A stretch of 63,195 nucleotides of DNA, filler included, from Reticulomyxa filosa (GCA_000512085.1; 17 parts of 17 records of this genome joined end to end with filler, not necessarily neighbours in it); one strand, 5' to 3'. Positions 38,348-52,274 are shown, counted from the first letter of the whole stretch. Made by a program: numbers and translations. Notes: generated by a model from the letters alone, not told the origin.

Positions 38348-39453
38348 TGTGTAAAAAGGGTTTAAAAAAAAAAAAAAAANNNNNNNNNNNNNNNNNNNNN
38401 NNNNNNNNNNNNNNNNNNNNNNNTTAATTAATTAANNNNNNNNNNNNNNNNNNNNNNNNNNNNNNNNNNNNNNNNNNNNAAAAAAAAAAAAAAATGTGCA
38501 TAAGATTGTGTGATTTATATGATAACTAGAATTCAATTGGGACTTTATTGGGTATACTAAGTTGATTTGCAGTATTTGCAATACAGAGTCAAATTTGAAA
38601 TAAAAAAAGCTGTGTATATCAATATCAAATATATTTTAAAAAATTTGAACAAACACAAAAATTTCAAAATAAAAAACACAAAATCATAATTTGCATAAAT
38701 GTGTACTTATGCATATGTTAGTATTCTACAATCTGTTAACGTTTTGCTTGGACTACTACAAAGCACTAAGTGTAATACGAAACTTACTATCTTTAGTAAG
38801 TTTTCGCAAAAAATGTACTTTATTAATGAAAACAACATCTGAAACAATAATAACGTAAAACAATAAATTGGTAATTGATTAATGTTTTGTGTGGAAAAAA
38901 AGGGTTTCTGGTTCATATTGTAATTTCACTTACAGTCAGTATTGTCTGATAACACACTGAATATCTTCATTTTGCTTCGACAAAGCTATTCCTAAATTAA
39001 CAAAAATTTAAAATGAAGTCAAGTTATTAAATCTAACTAAAAATAAAAAACAATTTGTATAACAAATATTACTATTATTAAGCAATTATATCGCAGTTAT
39101 ACGTTTGTGTTTTTTGTTCATTTTCGCGCTTGTAAACATGATATTTACTTCTAGTTAATATTGCAGATGACATTATACATTCTAGAGTTTCCGTAGATAT
39201 CGTAGTAACCTATTTTAGATTTGCATTTTGAAGATTTTGAGCTGTAATTATTTTAGTAGACATTTATTACTATCTCTAATTTATTTTCCTCTTTCTGTGA
39301 CTGATGATATGACAGTGATTTTAATTTTTTTCATGAAAACTATATCTTCATCACGTGATTGATACTGGTTTGTACGGGTTAACAAAACAGGAACCAAGTT
39401 GAGGTTCATTAATCCCTTTGACAAGTGCAAGAAAGTGAAAAGTGGAAAATATT

Positions 39454-41790
39454 ATGAATTCAGCAAAATCCTCCTTTGCAGCTGTTGCTGCTCAAGTATT
39501 ACCTTGCATTGTGAGTATCAATGCAACTGTAGTAATTGATGCTGACCCAGAGCAGTTCGGTCCTTTCTTGTTTCAGTCGCCTCGTAAAATGGAAAGAGAG
39601 GTGTTGGGATCTGGAGTCATTTTGACTTCTAGTGGTCTTGTAGTAACCAATGACCATGTAATTGAACCAACCAATAAACCTGCAGAAAGGATCACAGTTT
39701 GGCATTGTGAGAAAACATGATAAAATAAAATAAAACAATATTAGAAATGAACTAACGATAAAATAAAGTATTGATACTTATGTGGTGTTGTCTTTTCTCT
39801 TGTATCAATACAAATAAAGGTGATAACATCTGACGAAGAGCAATATGATGCAGAGATTGTTATTCGAGATCCATTGCATGACTTGGCGATCATTCGAATA
39901 CGAACTAGCGACAAAGAGGACATCAACGATTTTGACGTCTCTGAATTTGAAGAAGACACAGCACCAAGGGAACGAGATCAACGTGGTGACAAAGCCAAAT
40001 CTAAAGACAGCAGTGGATTTAGTTTGGGTGCAAGAGCAGCGAAGACAAACCATTTGGGACGCTTCACTCGACGAGACAACCAAGAACAAAATAAGAAAAA
40101 AGGAGACAAAGAAAAAAAACTCAAGCCAATGCCAGACAACGGCTTTCCTTATATCCGATGTGGACGTGCCGAATTATGCAAAGTTGGTGATTTAGTATTG
40201 GCCATTGGGAACAACTTGGGTTAGATTTTTTTTTTTTTTTTTTTTTAAGCTCCTTTTAAAAAAAAATTTTTAGAAAAAGTAAGATTTTTCTTTTTAAAAA
40301 ACCCCTCTTGCTCCTTTTTTTTTTTTTAAAAAAAAATCAAGTTTTATGAGAAAACAGTACGTACACATCTTTTTATTAGTAAGAAAAAATATGTTGTGTT
40401 GACTTGTTTGTATGCATGAAAAATGGGTGAAATGGCAATGATCAGGATTTCATGGAACAGTAACGGATGGAATAATCTCGGCAATTGGTCGAACTCGAGA
40501 TAAGCGATTGCCAATTACATATCCTCAATGCCCCATTATACAAACGAATGCCAGCATAAACAGCGGTAGTTCAGGTGGAGCTTTGTTGAATATCAATGGC
40601 GAATTGATTGGAATCAATGAAAGCATTGCTACAAGCACGGGCGGAAATGTTGGTGTTGGGTTTGCCGTACCGGTCAACTTTGTTAAGCCGCTATTGCGTG
40701 GTGCAATCAAGCGTTCCTTGGAAGCTGAACGTGTTTGGGATGGCATATCCATTCTCAATGCCCTTTGATTCCTTTATCTCAGCCAGTCAAGTTTTGTTTT
40801 TTTTTAATAAAAAAAATAAAAAATAAAAATAGCGCATAACCGCATTTTTTTCTCCTCTTCTTTTAAATTAGGAATTTAAACAAACAAAATAATAATAATG
40901 ATAATAATAATAATAAAATAGAGATAGTGATATTGTTAGCACACAAACACCGACCGAAGATGGGCAAGATTACAAACGAGTTTTTCCAAGAGGTGTGATC
41001 ATAAGAAGTGTCCATAACAAATCTCCAGGGTTCACTGCGGGTTTGAAAGTGAATGATATAATCACGAAAGTCAATGATGTTCTCATTGATGATGTGAACA
41101 CCTTTTATTTGTTTGTCGCTGGAGCTGACCCGAACAAAGTCTTAACTTATCATGTGTTACGCCCAAATGCAAGCCACAAATCGATTGGCAACTTTTTTCA
41201 AAGGAAACAAACGAATGAAAAGAGATTGTTCGACAAAGAAGATTTTAAAGAGTTGTCGGATTATTTCAGAAATCGAGAAAAAACTCACACATCCCATCAG
41301 ATCAACGTCACCGTCCAGCCTATCCCAGCGCCGGAGAAACGGCCTTTGGAAATCAAAGATCGCATGAATCCTTTTTATGGTGCCACTGTCGCCGAATTAA
41401 GTCCTTCCTTGAATGCCGATTTTGGTTTGGATTTTGCTATGCAAGGTGTGGATGATGTGTGCAAAACTTGCAAATTTTTTTTTTTGACAACTTTTTCATG
41501 TACTCTTATCTCTCTTTCGTTTGCTATATGCTCACACAGGGGTAATTGTGTACGAAGTGGACACTGATTTGCAAGCTTATCGGTTGGGATTCCGTCCTGG
41601 AGATATTATTTTGGGATATGACAACGGAACCAAAAAAATGTCAGTTAGGGCATTGGAAGATGTAGAGAAAATCGGTGACACCATGCAATTCAGAAAGAGT
41701 TGTCGTATTTGGTATCAAAGAGGTAACAAAAAACAACACTTGGATGTTTATTTGAGACAAGCACGAAAGGCTTCTCATGCACGACTTTGA
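39454..41790 (+). CDS. degP: DegP/DegQ (HtrA) serine protease with two PDZ domains, multi-exon
   Basis: GSGVI, VTNDHVI (His), DLAII (Asp), INSGSSGGALLN (Ser), GGNVGVGFAVP; PDZ1 AGLKVNDII and PDZ2 GFRPGDII; ends SHARL*. Confidence 0.9.
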
Positions 41791-42598
41791 AAAAAAGTAT
41801 TTGTTGCTTCATCCATTTTACAAGCTTTGGAGCAAAGAGTTTTCTTTTTGTTCCTTCTCCTGACCCAAGAACATGTTTGTGGCTTTATTGCACATTCTTC
41901 AAAACTAAACAATTTAAAGCGTAACCAAAAAAAGAACAACTTTTTGCATTTCAGTTTTGTCTTGTGGTGTTTTGGGGAAGTCCTAGTTCACAAATTTTTA
42001 ATATATGGTGCAATGTCAAAGCTTACATTTCTTTTTGAAATTGCAAAACTCTTTTTGTTCTTAACACGCTAATTTTGCTTTCATTCATTAAAAACAAGAA
42101 ACTTTGGTGTAGTTGAAGGTGTTAACTGTCAAAAATAACGACGAGGGCTTCTACAGTGTATCTACAAGAAATTGAGACAATTTGGACTAAAGTGAACATT
42201 TGTAAGCAAGATTAAATTAGAAATAAAATATCAAACAAACGCGCATTTTAAAAAAGTTTAAAGTTCAAAACGGCACTCCCTACCATTTGGTGTCGCCCCA
42301 CAAATGTATCGCCTTGTTGCGTGTTAAATTTGAATAACTTGTATTAATAAATTAAGGGCATGGTAAATGTAATTATTATATGATTTTTTAAGTTTATAAA
42401 GTAAAATAAAAACAGGTACTAGGATATTAAAAAATAAAGAAAAGAAAACAATTTATATTTTAAAATTTTTCTGGAATTCAGAGTAGAAAAAAGAAAAAAT
42501 TAAATGAAAGGCTCGTCATCAACAATTTTTGGTTTGTGACCAGGTGGGGGGTACAAACAAGTAAAAGAGACAAAAAAACAACTTCTCCTGAGTGGTAC

Positions 42599-43835
42599 AT
42601 GGCAGCCCAATTTAAAGTCGGAGACCGAGTTTCCGCTCCTGGTATTATAATAATATACTTGTTCTCCCTATTTGCTCTAGCACTTTAAGCTTGTCTTCTT
42701 CAAAACTCTTAAAAAAAGGCGATCGTACCGGTACGGTCCAGTACGTCGGTCCAGTGGGAGGAAAAGGACCATGGGTTGGTGTAGTGTTTGATGGAAAGCC
42801 AGTAACCAACGGCACTGATGGGAAAGCAAAAGATGTTTCGCAAAAAAAAAACTATTTGAAATACTTTTCAAAAAAAGGGGAGAAAATATTTTGACAACTT
42901 GATGTTAAAAAGAAAAAAAAAAACGGGTTTAAAAAAAAAAAGGGTACATATTATTTTCGATGCAAGCCAGGCCAAGGAATGTATCAAAAGCCGTCTTATT
43001 TCACAAAACTCGAAGAAAAGAGTGCACCCGCGGCGAAAGGCAAAGCTGACGCGTAAAAAAGAAGAAAAAAAAAAAAAAGTCCCCTTTTTCCTTCTCTCTC
43101 TTACTTCCTATTGAACAATGGAACAAGATTAAAAAAAAAACAAACAAATCATCTCTACACAAAACACAAAAAAAATGGATGAGACAGGGCGAAAAAACCA
43201 GCAGCAGATCCAAAAGCAAAGCCAGCAGCGAAGGCTCCTGCAGGTAAGGCTGACAACGCAAAGGACTCAAAGAAAGAAGCGGATGATCAAGACTTTTCCA
43301 AGGCGCCAAAGCGTTCAGCAGTGCCTGATCTCGCTGCTATGATGAACATTGCCGAGACTGGCGTTCAAACAGATCCACCAACAGAAACTCTTTGTTTTGT
43401 GTTCACAACATATACATATGTATATTATATATATATATATATATATATGTATATGTATAATATAATGCATATATACATATATATACATTTATTAATTGAT
43501 TATTTTATTTTTGTAGTTGTTTTGTTTTGAGTTTTTGTGGGAATACGAGGCCCCTCTCTCATGCACACATTTCAAAATATCTGTTGTAACAATGCTTGAG
43601 GGGAGGGGAGGGGGGGCTACTTGTTTGAACTTACTCAAAGACATAAACACAAATAATACCACACCAATCAAACAGCAAACAAGAAACTTGCGCATTATAT
43701 TGTCTACCTCGAAAAAGAGAAATGTCAGAAATTGGAAAAGGAAAAGGCCAAATTGCTGGTTGACCTTCAAAACACCAACAGAGATTTGTTACGTTTGGTG
43801 ACAACAGCAAACAAACAAAAATAAATGCCATATAA
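42599..43835 (+). CDS. CAP-Gly domain plus coiled-coil protein (p150Glued/CLIP-like), 3'-truncated
   Basis: Spliced MAAQFKVGDRVSAPG|DRTGTVQYVGP...WVGVVFD...GTDGKAKD|GTYYFRCKPGQGMY. Confidence 0.85.
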
Positions 43836-46800
43836 NNNNNNNNNNNNNNNNNNNNNNNNNNNNNNNNNNNNNNNNNNNNTTAATTAATTAANNNNNNNNN
43901 NNNNNNNNNNNNNNNNNNNNNNNNNNNNNNNNNNNCCGATCACTGCGACAAAGGCTAATACTCCCTTCAACATTTTTTTCTTTTTTCTTGGAAAAGCTTT
44001 AAGCACCGATAAAAATTAACAAAGAAAGACAACCAAAAAACAAGTAAAACAAAAAAAGAAAAATCCTTTGCGGTCACCTTGTTTCTTTGCTGAACCTTTG
44101 TTTAACTTGGTGAGAGAATGCTACAATTGACAAAAAATGTGTCTTCGAGCAAAAAAAAAAATGAAACTACAATTGCTACTGCAAATAAAATTTAAATTGT
44201 GTTAACCTACTTGTACTTGACAAGTTCAGACATGAGAACGCGTTTTGCGTTGCATTTTTTGAAATCTTTATAACGCAAGGCAATACTTGCTGAAAGTGAC
44301 ACTCCAAGAAATTATTTCTTGTCCTTGCTTATTGTTAACTTTAAAAATGTGCATGTTTAAATTTATTTAATTTTATGGCAAGTTACAAAAGCTATTTGAG
44401 TATTTATGTATAGTCAAAGCAAATTAGTTTTTGCTAATTTACGAAAATATCGAACATGACCTACAGAAGAAGTCTTTGCAATGTGGTGATATGTACAATA
44501 TGTTAAAGGACAGGAGACCATTAAAAATTACAAACTTGTTGATCCTCCATCGACGCTTAGCCAGAAATTATTTGCCAATCCGGCAACGCCGACAAAAGAC
44601 TTTCGATGACCTGTTGTGGCCGCATTCTTAAAGGCGTCACAATCTTATTTTAATCAGCTGTATAATATATCCTTGCAATTGGTGTGCAATTGATTCTTCA
44701 AACTCGTTTCTTCAATCTTTATGTATATCGGTAGACTCGATGTCTCTAGTTTGGATGGATTCTTTTTGTCTGTTTATTGATATGGACAACAGGTAATAAA
44801 ATTTGTGAAATTGATTTGTGACGGATCTAACTTTCTATTTAGCAACAGTAGCGCCACCCAAATTGGAGCAAAAGGCAAAGATTGCATAGCAAATGCGAAT
44901 CCGCGTTCGGGCCATCATGAAGATATTGACTGTGTTGACGATGAAGATACTAATGATAACCAGTAAACAAAGAATCAAAACAATGACAAAAAAGCGGAAG
45001 GAAAAAAATTTTGAAGAAAATAGCAAGAATAAGACCATGAGATCAAAAATCAAATAGTACAAACATCTGAAAATGAAATATGCGTTGCATGAAAAGTAAA
45101 CATTATCTTATAACATAAATAATAATTTTAATAAATGCTACAAATGTAAAACAAAAAAAATGCACAAATGCAGTCAAAAAACAACAAAAATGGCAAACAT
45201 TTTAAAAAATAGTCAAAACAAAAGTAAGCAATTCTCTATAAAACGAAAATTCTGTCGAAAAGATTATTTGAACTTTTCAAATGATTGATTGTCTCTAATG
45301 GTAGAAACTTTTCAAAAAAAAATGATTGTGTTGTGGAATATCTGCTGAAAAGAACTACGCAAAATGTAATACGAAAGATTTATTAGCTCTTGAGCAAATT
45401 TCAACAAAAACGAAATTAGTTAAATGAATAAAAAAAAATGTTAACCAAAAACATAATACAAAAAACTGGGAAATGAAGTTAGTGTGGCTAGGATAAAGGA
45501 AGTTTACTTTAATTTTGCTTACATTTAATAAGATTTCGTAATATGCGACTGCAGATTTTATGAAAAAAGTGATAAAATGACAAATTTTCACAAATAATAA
45601 ACTAAAGAAAAAAAAATTGAATATTGCCAAGATCACATAATAAAAAAATATCTGCATAAGAATGAGTATACGTATCAACACAAAAAAAAACTCAACATTT
45701 ATCTTTTTTTTTCAATAATGGCACCTTACAAGTCTCTTTTGTAAGTAATGAAAAAATTCAATCTAACAAAAGAATAAATCAAATTTTTAAAATTTGCTTT
45801 AAGAACAAACTAACTGTTACTTTTGCGCATCCTTTAAATCTGGAAGTATTTAAAACAATATATATCGACTGTTCATAGAAAGTTTACCACGTACCATGCT
45901 TCTTTTTTCCATTTTCGTTTTTCAGCCTTCCAGCGTTTACATTTATTCGTTCCCTTTATAAATAGTTTTGATAATTCGTTGATCATAATAAAGCTTTGAA
46001 CAATACGAATGGCTCCATCTTGCGTTATCAGTTGACAGTTTTGAAAAAATAGTACTTCAAAATCAGTAAAAATAAATTATAATTTTTTTAGTTGTAGTAT
46101 ACGTAGTCTCGTTCGCATTCGATATAAGACTCACTATCACAACTTAGTTGATCATTTTCTTTGCTTTCATTGTTTTGATCTATGCGATCTTGTATTGCAT
46201 GTAGTGCTGTTTGTAACTTCTCAATCCAAACCTTATATCAGCCATATTTTCGTCATTAAAGAAACTAGCATAAGTTAATACTCATCCTTCGGTGTAGTAT
46301 TTTGCACCAATACATAAGGAATTCTAGTGTTATTCTAAATCTGTCTTCCTTTTGTATGCTTATATTAGTATTGTCAAGTGTCACGTCCATGAAATTGTAT
46401 TCTACTTTTAATTTTTCTTTTTTAATATTTCGTCATACGTTCGCTAGACCAATTCTTTTTCTTCAACGACACTTCTGAATTTATTATATGCTTCATCTTG
46501 CTGTTTACCAGGCTTACTAGTGGACCAACACTCAACCTCCACTCCACTGTACGTCGATATGTCATATCATCTTTTTCGAGATACTGCAATTTGAAATGAA
46601 CGCTTCATCCCAAAAATTTAACAAAATAACAAACAGCATCCTTTTTTTTTTGCTAAAAGTAGTTTAATATTTTCAAAATTCATATTTGCGGATAATCTCA
46701 TTTTTCCATTAAAAAAATTTGTTGTTCGTAAGCATCAATGTGAATATAATCGAAGTGAACATTAAGATATTATATTTGTCTCAAAAAATTATTTGTTTGA

Positions 46801-46992
46801 TTATTTTTTCTAAAATTAGTTTATGTGATCCAATCTTTTAAACAAGCAAAACAAAATAAATTTAAAAAGATGTTTTTTACTTTTCAAATTGGCCACTTTT
46901 AAAAGTGGTTTTTGTTAGAAAAATTCAGAGAAAAAAAACAGGAACAACAGCAGAAATCATCTCGTCAAGTGAGCATATCAAAAAAAAAAAAA

Positions 46993-47283
46993 ATGGATGG
47001 AAAGACAAGTCAAAAAGTGATGAAGATAGCCACTTTGAATAATAATGATTGCAGATGTGCAGCCAAGGATACATCAGCGTACTACTGGATTTGTTTGAAG
47101 TGTGGAGCGTTGCAAAGAGACAGGACGAATGAAACAAACGAAGCAGAAAAGACTCAAAGTGGTTGCAATAGCAGGGGACAAATGTTGGAGATACCAAACC
47201 ATTTGTTATATCAACTACAGCAATTGTGTGTTCCCGGCATGTGTTTAAATTCAGAATTGCCACCGGAACAGGCAAGCGATTAA
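46993..47283 (+). CDS. Short Cys-rich ORF, possibly a gene 5' fragment
   Basis: WICLKCG motif resembling half of a RanBP2-type zinc finger; lies at a contig end. Confidence 0.3.
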   Translation: MDGKTSQKVMKIATLNNNDCRCAAKDTSAYYWICLKCGALQRDRTNETNEAEKTQSGCNSRGQMLEIPNHLLYQLQQLCVPGMCLNSELPPEQASD

Positions 47284-47533
47284 GTACATATATATGTATA
47301 TATATATNNNNNNNNNNNNNNNNNNNNNNNNNNNNNNNNNNNNNNNNNNNNTTAATTAATTAANNNNNNNNNNNNNNNNNNNNNNNNNNNNNNNNNNNNN
47401 NNNNNNNCTGTAAATCTGTCTAAAATCTTTTTGTTCACAACAACGATATGTTGTAATTAGCACACATATATTGGAACTAGTTGTGTTAAAAAAAAAATTG
47501 TAGTCATTTTTTTTTAACATTGAATGATAGATA

Positions 47534-48489
47534 ATGTCTTCGATTTTTGAGAATATTGCGCGAAGATTGCCAAAGACCGAGCTTCATTTGCACTTAGTTT
47601 GTACTTAATTTCCTGTTTGACTTCCTTCCTTTCATTGATTTTTTTTTTGACGACACAAGTAGGATGGGTCTTTGTTGCCTGGTTTTATTTTGTCACGTGC
47701 AAAAGCAAGAAATTTGGTGGTTTCATTTAAAAATGAAAATGAAGTAAGGCTATTTTTGATGGATTTGATATTCAAAGGTACGGATTCACAGAACGCAACT
47801 AGTACAAAGTTAAATTGGCCAGTATTTGACTTTTGCAATCAGTTTTTACAGACACAACAAGAGCTATATGATGCCACTCGTGACTTGGTGACATACCTAT
47901 GTACCAATCACAATGTACGTGTTATCGAAATTCGATTTTGTCCAGAATTGCACACGTTGGAAGGACTTACGCATGACGATATTGTTCAATCTGTTGTCAA
48001 AGGCTTCCAAGCTGGACAACAGAGTATGGCTACAAACTTTAAAAAAAAAATCAGGGGCGGTACGTAACTCTGCTATATAAAATACTTGACTAAGCAATGC
48101 ACTCAAGTATAAAATAAATAAATAAAAAAAAAAGGGATAATTATATGTGCATTGCGATCATATCCTGAATCCCATTCACTGCAAATGGTGGAATTGTGTA
48201 AAAAGTACTTAGGAAAAGGGGGGATTATTGGATTTGATATTGCCGGATATGAAAGTGATTATCCTTTATCAATCCATAAAAAAGCATTGGAATTAGCAAA
48301 TGATTTGGATATTCCTATCACTGTCCATATTGGTGAATTTCCACAAACATTGAATAATTTTCCATTTTTGTTGCAAAATTGGAAAACTTGCAAGGTGCAA
48401 AGAATGTCACATTGCATTGAACTGGGAAAAGATCATCAAGTATTAACTGAATGCAGTAAGGCAATTGGAAAACATGTTGCAATTGAATG
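47534..48489 (+). CDS. ADA: Adenosine deaminase family, multi-exon, 3'-truncated
   Basis: LPKTELHLHL|DGSL, IEIRFCP, GFDIAGYE, TVHIGE, RMSH. Confidence 0.92.
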
Positions 48490-50369
48490 NNNNNNNNNNN
48501 NNNNNNNNNNNNNNNNNNNNNNNNNNNNNNNNNTTAATTAATTAANNNNNNNNNNNNNNNNNNNNNNNNNNNNNNNNNNNNNNNNNNNNCCCCCTAGTAA
48601 AAAAATAATAATAGTCGTCTTTGTGTTGCAAAGCTTTCACGTTGTCTTTGTTTGGTTAATCTCAAAGAGAACAAGAATAATGTCGAATTAACTTTGCAGT
48701 CCAATTGTACTTGAAATGCAAAATTCTTATGCACTTTTTTCTATTGTTTTGTTTGTAAGAATAAGATTAAACGAAGTTGATGATGAACAATAATCAGTGT
48801 TAGAATTACAAAAAGTCACCACAACAGTGGAGTCAATTGCTGCAATGGAGTTCTCAATGCTACTGTTTTTTTTGTAAGCACTTGTTTACGTAAAACTTTT
48901 TTTGTTGTTATTCAATCTGTTTTAGCGGATCATGTTTTTTGTGACCAATCAAGCTGAAACTCATTTTGACTATCCAGAACACTCACTATCTAATAAAATA
49001 GGGTTGAACAAAGCACAGCAAAGTTAGCATTCTGTCGTCTTATTTAAGATATCTTTTTATCGCGTACACTCCTTCTTATTTAATCATCAATCTTGTTATT
49101 ACGTTGCAATCACGAAAAATCCACATAAGTACAAGATACATCATACAATAATTTAGATGTTTGATGACATTATGACTTTCATTGTTGGACTCTTCTTCAT
49201 TTTCACTCGTATTTTTTTTAACTCTTGTTTTGTCATCTTATTGTTCCTTTCTCTTATACGTATTCTCCTTGTCAGTTACTCCTACATGATTGTAAGAAGA
49301 TAAATTTGAGGTTTTTTGCCGAATAGTAAATTTTTACGGTGGATATAATTTAATGAATGATATCAGTGGGCTGGAGGAAGATTCAAATTATAACTAAAAA
49401 TCAATTCACACGAAAAAACAAAAATTTTTCAATCAAAAAATTGAGGCAAGTGTCAAATACTTGCAATAAAATATGCCACAACTTTGGTGTTGTTTGCACT
49501 TCACTCTTGCTTGCGGCACCGCAACCACCACAGCCATTTTCCAATTTCTCGATAGACAGATATTGTATTCTTTGGAGACCTATGTTATATACGTGCGTAT
49601 TGATCATATATGTTTCAATCACACTAAGAAAACATTATAACTTGGAATATAGGCTGCACACATACTTATAATAATAACCAGCTCACCAATTTGAATTGCT
49701 AGTTTTTCTTTCAATCCATCATGAGCCACATTACACGTATGGACCTTGCATTTTCAATGAAGATATTTGGAAAAAAAATTGAAATCATGATCCATATTTC
49801 ATGCACACCGTCAATGACAGATACTTGTTCAATGACGAACAAATAAATTTATTGAAGAAATGACAGGCGCGCGTGTTGTATTGTGGCTTCCATGATTCGA
49901 CATATTGAGTTTTCATCAGCAGCAATTCGATTATAAGATTGCCACTTTTACTTTCATAATAATCGATATTGTCGCCATTGCTGTCACTGTTGCAATTATT
50001 GTCGGGAACTCACTGCAGCACCAATGACAATGTAAACAGCAAAAATGTATCCACCCGCATTCCAAAGCCTCGCTATTACACTTTTGAATATCTATTCAAA
50101 AATTTGAAGCAACACATACCACATACATACAAATAAATAATCAATATACGTATAAAGATGTGGTGTTGTTATTAGTTATTGAATATGTACATATCAATAA
50201 AAAAAAAAAATGGACATATAAAAAACATTTTCAAGCAATGGANNNNNNNNNNNNNNNNNNNNNNNNNNNNNNNNNNNNNNNNNNNNTTAATTAATTAANN
50301 NNNNNNNNNNNNNNNNNNNNNNNNNNNNNNNNNNNNNNNNNNAAAAAAAAAAAAAAAAAAAAAAAACGA

Positions 50370-51364
50370 AACTGTGAAAACAAAGTCATTTTTAAAATGC
50401 TTTGGCAAAGGACGTATATCGAGTGAATCTCTTGGAACTTCTTTGATCAAATTAGCGCCATAGCGTACCTCCAACCACTCCCCTTCCTCGTCCACAAACA
50501 CGCGTGCGATTAGGCCGCGCATCCATTGGCTTTTCCCACGCGAGTACACTTCCACGACTGTTCCGCGCGTCCATGACGCACGGATCTATATGTTTTTAAG
50601 CAATTCACACATTTTGTCTTATTGTTTGCTCGCGTTTAATTCTAAACTTTAGATATGACTTTAATTTGAATTTTAAATTTATATTATATACATATATACA
50701 TATATATATGTATATATGTATATATGTATATAATATAAATTTAAATTCAAATTAAACTTGAGCGTCCGAATTCGTTGCACTCGCGTCAGTCTTGCTCGTG
50801 GTCGACCTTGCTTGGATTGGTACATCAGGTGGGGGAGGTGTATTTTCGTCGCTTCTCGTCCATCCCATTTGGGATTGATGCGACTCTCCGCTTGCACTTT
50901 TTTCGGGTGCGTTGCTTTTCTTTTATCTTTGCTATTGCTTTCTTCTGCATCTATCTTCGGTCGAATGGCGCTTTTGTCATGTCGGGGGGTCTGTTTTAAT
51001 CTCATAAAATTACCTGTTTCATCATATATTGCAGTACTTTTCAGAGAGACCCCCTTCTTCTTCTCTCCTTCTTGTTAATAGATGCCGAAAACTTGACAAT
51101 GAAAAACATACCGACAAAATATTGCACTTCAAGCCATTCGCCCTCTGCGTCCCAAAATGTTCGAAAGATTTCTCCTGGGTACCATTGCTTCGATGAAACT
51201 GAATACACTTCTACATGAGACCCTAATGTCCAAGATTTACGTATCTTTGTCCATGTTTTTATTGTGATTTTTCTTAAGGGTAGCTCTGGAGTAGAGAACA
51301 TGGAAATTTTTATGTTTAAAGGTTATACCTCTGAATCATCCAGCTCTTTTTGCGATTGTGCCAT
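50370..51364 (-). CDS. Protein with tandem Tudor/Agenet-like (SH3-fold) repeats, 3'-truncated
   Basis: Two copies of R.SWT.G..VEVYS....QW..G.I...F.D.EGEWLEV.Y; first exon MAQSQKELDDSE. Confidence 0.7.
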
Positions 51365-51752
51365 TGAATGATCGTTTTTGCTCACTTTGTAGCAATTGAT
51401 GGTCAACAATTGTAGCCCCTTTTTCGAAGGCGAACGTCGAACACGTCGAGATAATACATTTTCAAATTTGCAAAGGCTACTAATTTTCAAATAACTTTGC
51501 AAATCTAACAAAATATTCTTCATTATAAAAATATTTTCATATTTTTTTTGCTAGGCATTCCTAATGGTAAAGAAATGATTTGCATTGAAGGTGTTCTTTG
51601 TCAAACTAAAATCTGTGGCTTTTACGCTGTAAAAGTTGTAAAAGAACTTTCTGGTTTCCCTTTCTTTGTTGTTCGCGAACAACGGTTCGGTTTGAAATTG
51701 TGGTGACCCACGCCTGGAACATAGCATTCAGTGTTAATAAGTGCATACAAAG

Positions 51753-52129
51753 ATGATGAAAGGACCGGTACCGGGAAACACTCCGGAGCTGGAAACCACA
51801 GACGAAGGAGCGTCTGGTTCGACAACAACAGCAACAGCTCAGCCCTTTTTTTCTTTTGATGTAGATACGAGCAATGAAATGAACGAATGGTGTCCACCTC
51901 TCCTTCCATTATTTACATTTTCCACGGAAAGAACGGGTGAAGAAACTGTGACATTAGCAAATGACATAGGGCCAAGCAATTATTTCCAGAGCAGCATTGA
52001 TGAGGCAATGAACAAAGTTCCGAAAGCAACGACAGAAAAGGCCGAGATAAAAGAGCAGAATCATCCAGAAAAGAGAAACTTGTCAACAATGCAATCCGAA
52101 AACATACTGGAGTTAATCGTGGCTGCAAA
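51753..52129 (+). CDS. Hypothetical protein, 5' fragment
   Basis: Open frame with coding-like composition running into the linker; divergent from the previous gene. Confidence 0.5.
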
Positions 52130-52274
52130 NNNNNNNNNNNNNNNNNNNNNNNNNNNNNNNNNNNNNNNNNNNNTTAATTAATTAANNNNNNNNNNNNNNN
52201 NNNNNNNNNNNNNNNNNNNNNNNNNNNNNTTTTTTTTTTTTTTTTTTTTATAAAAAAAAAAAAAAAAAAAAAGA

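Noticed and set aside
43936-46900. Possible genes in this AT-rich contig (also 53429-55486 and 62028-63195)
   Set aside because: Only short stop-riddled fragments with no recognisable motif; probably decayed pseudogenes.
49650-50095. P-type ATPase-like relic on the minus strand
   Set aside because: Only a vague hydrophobic resemblance; no DKTGT or other diagnostic motif.
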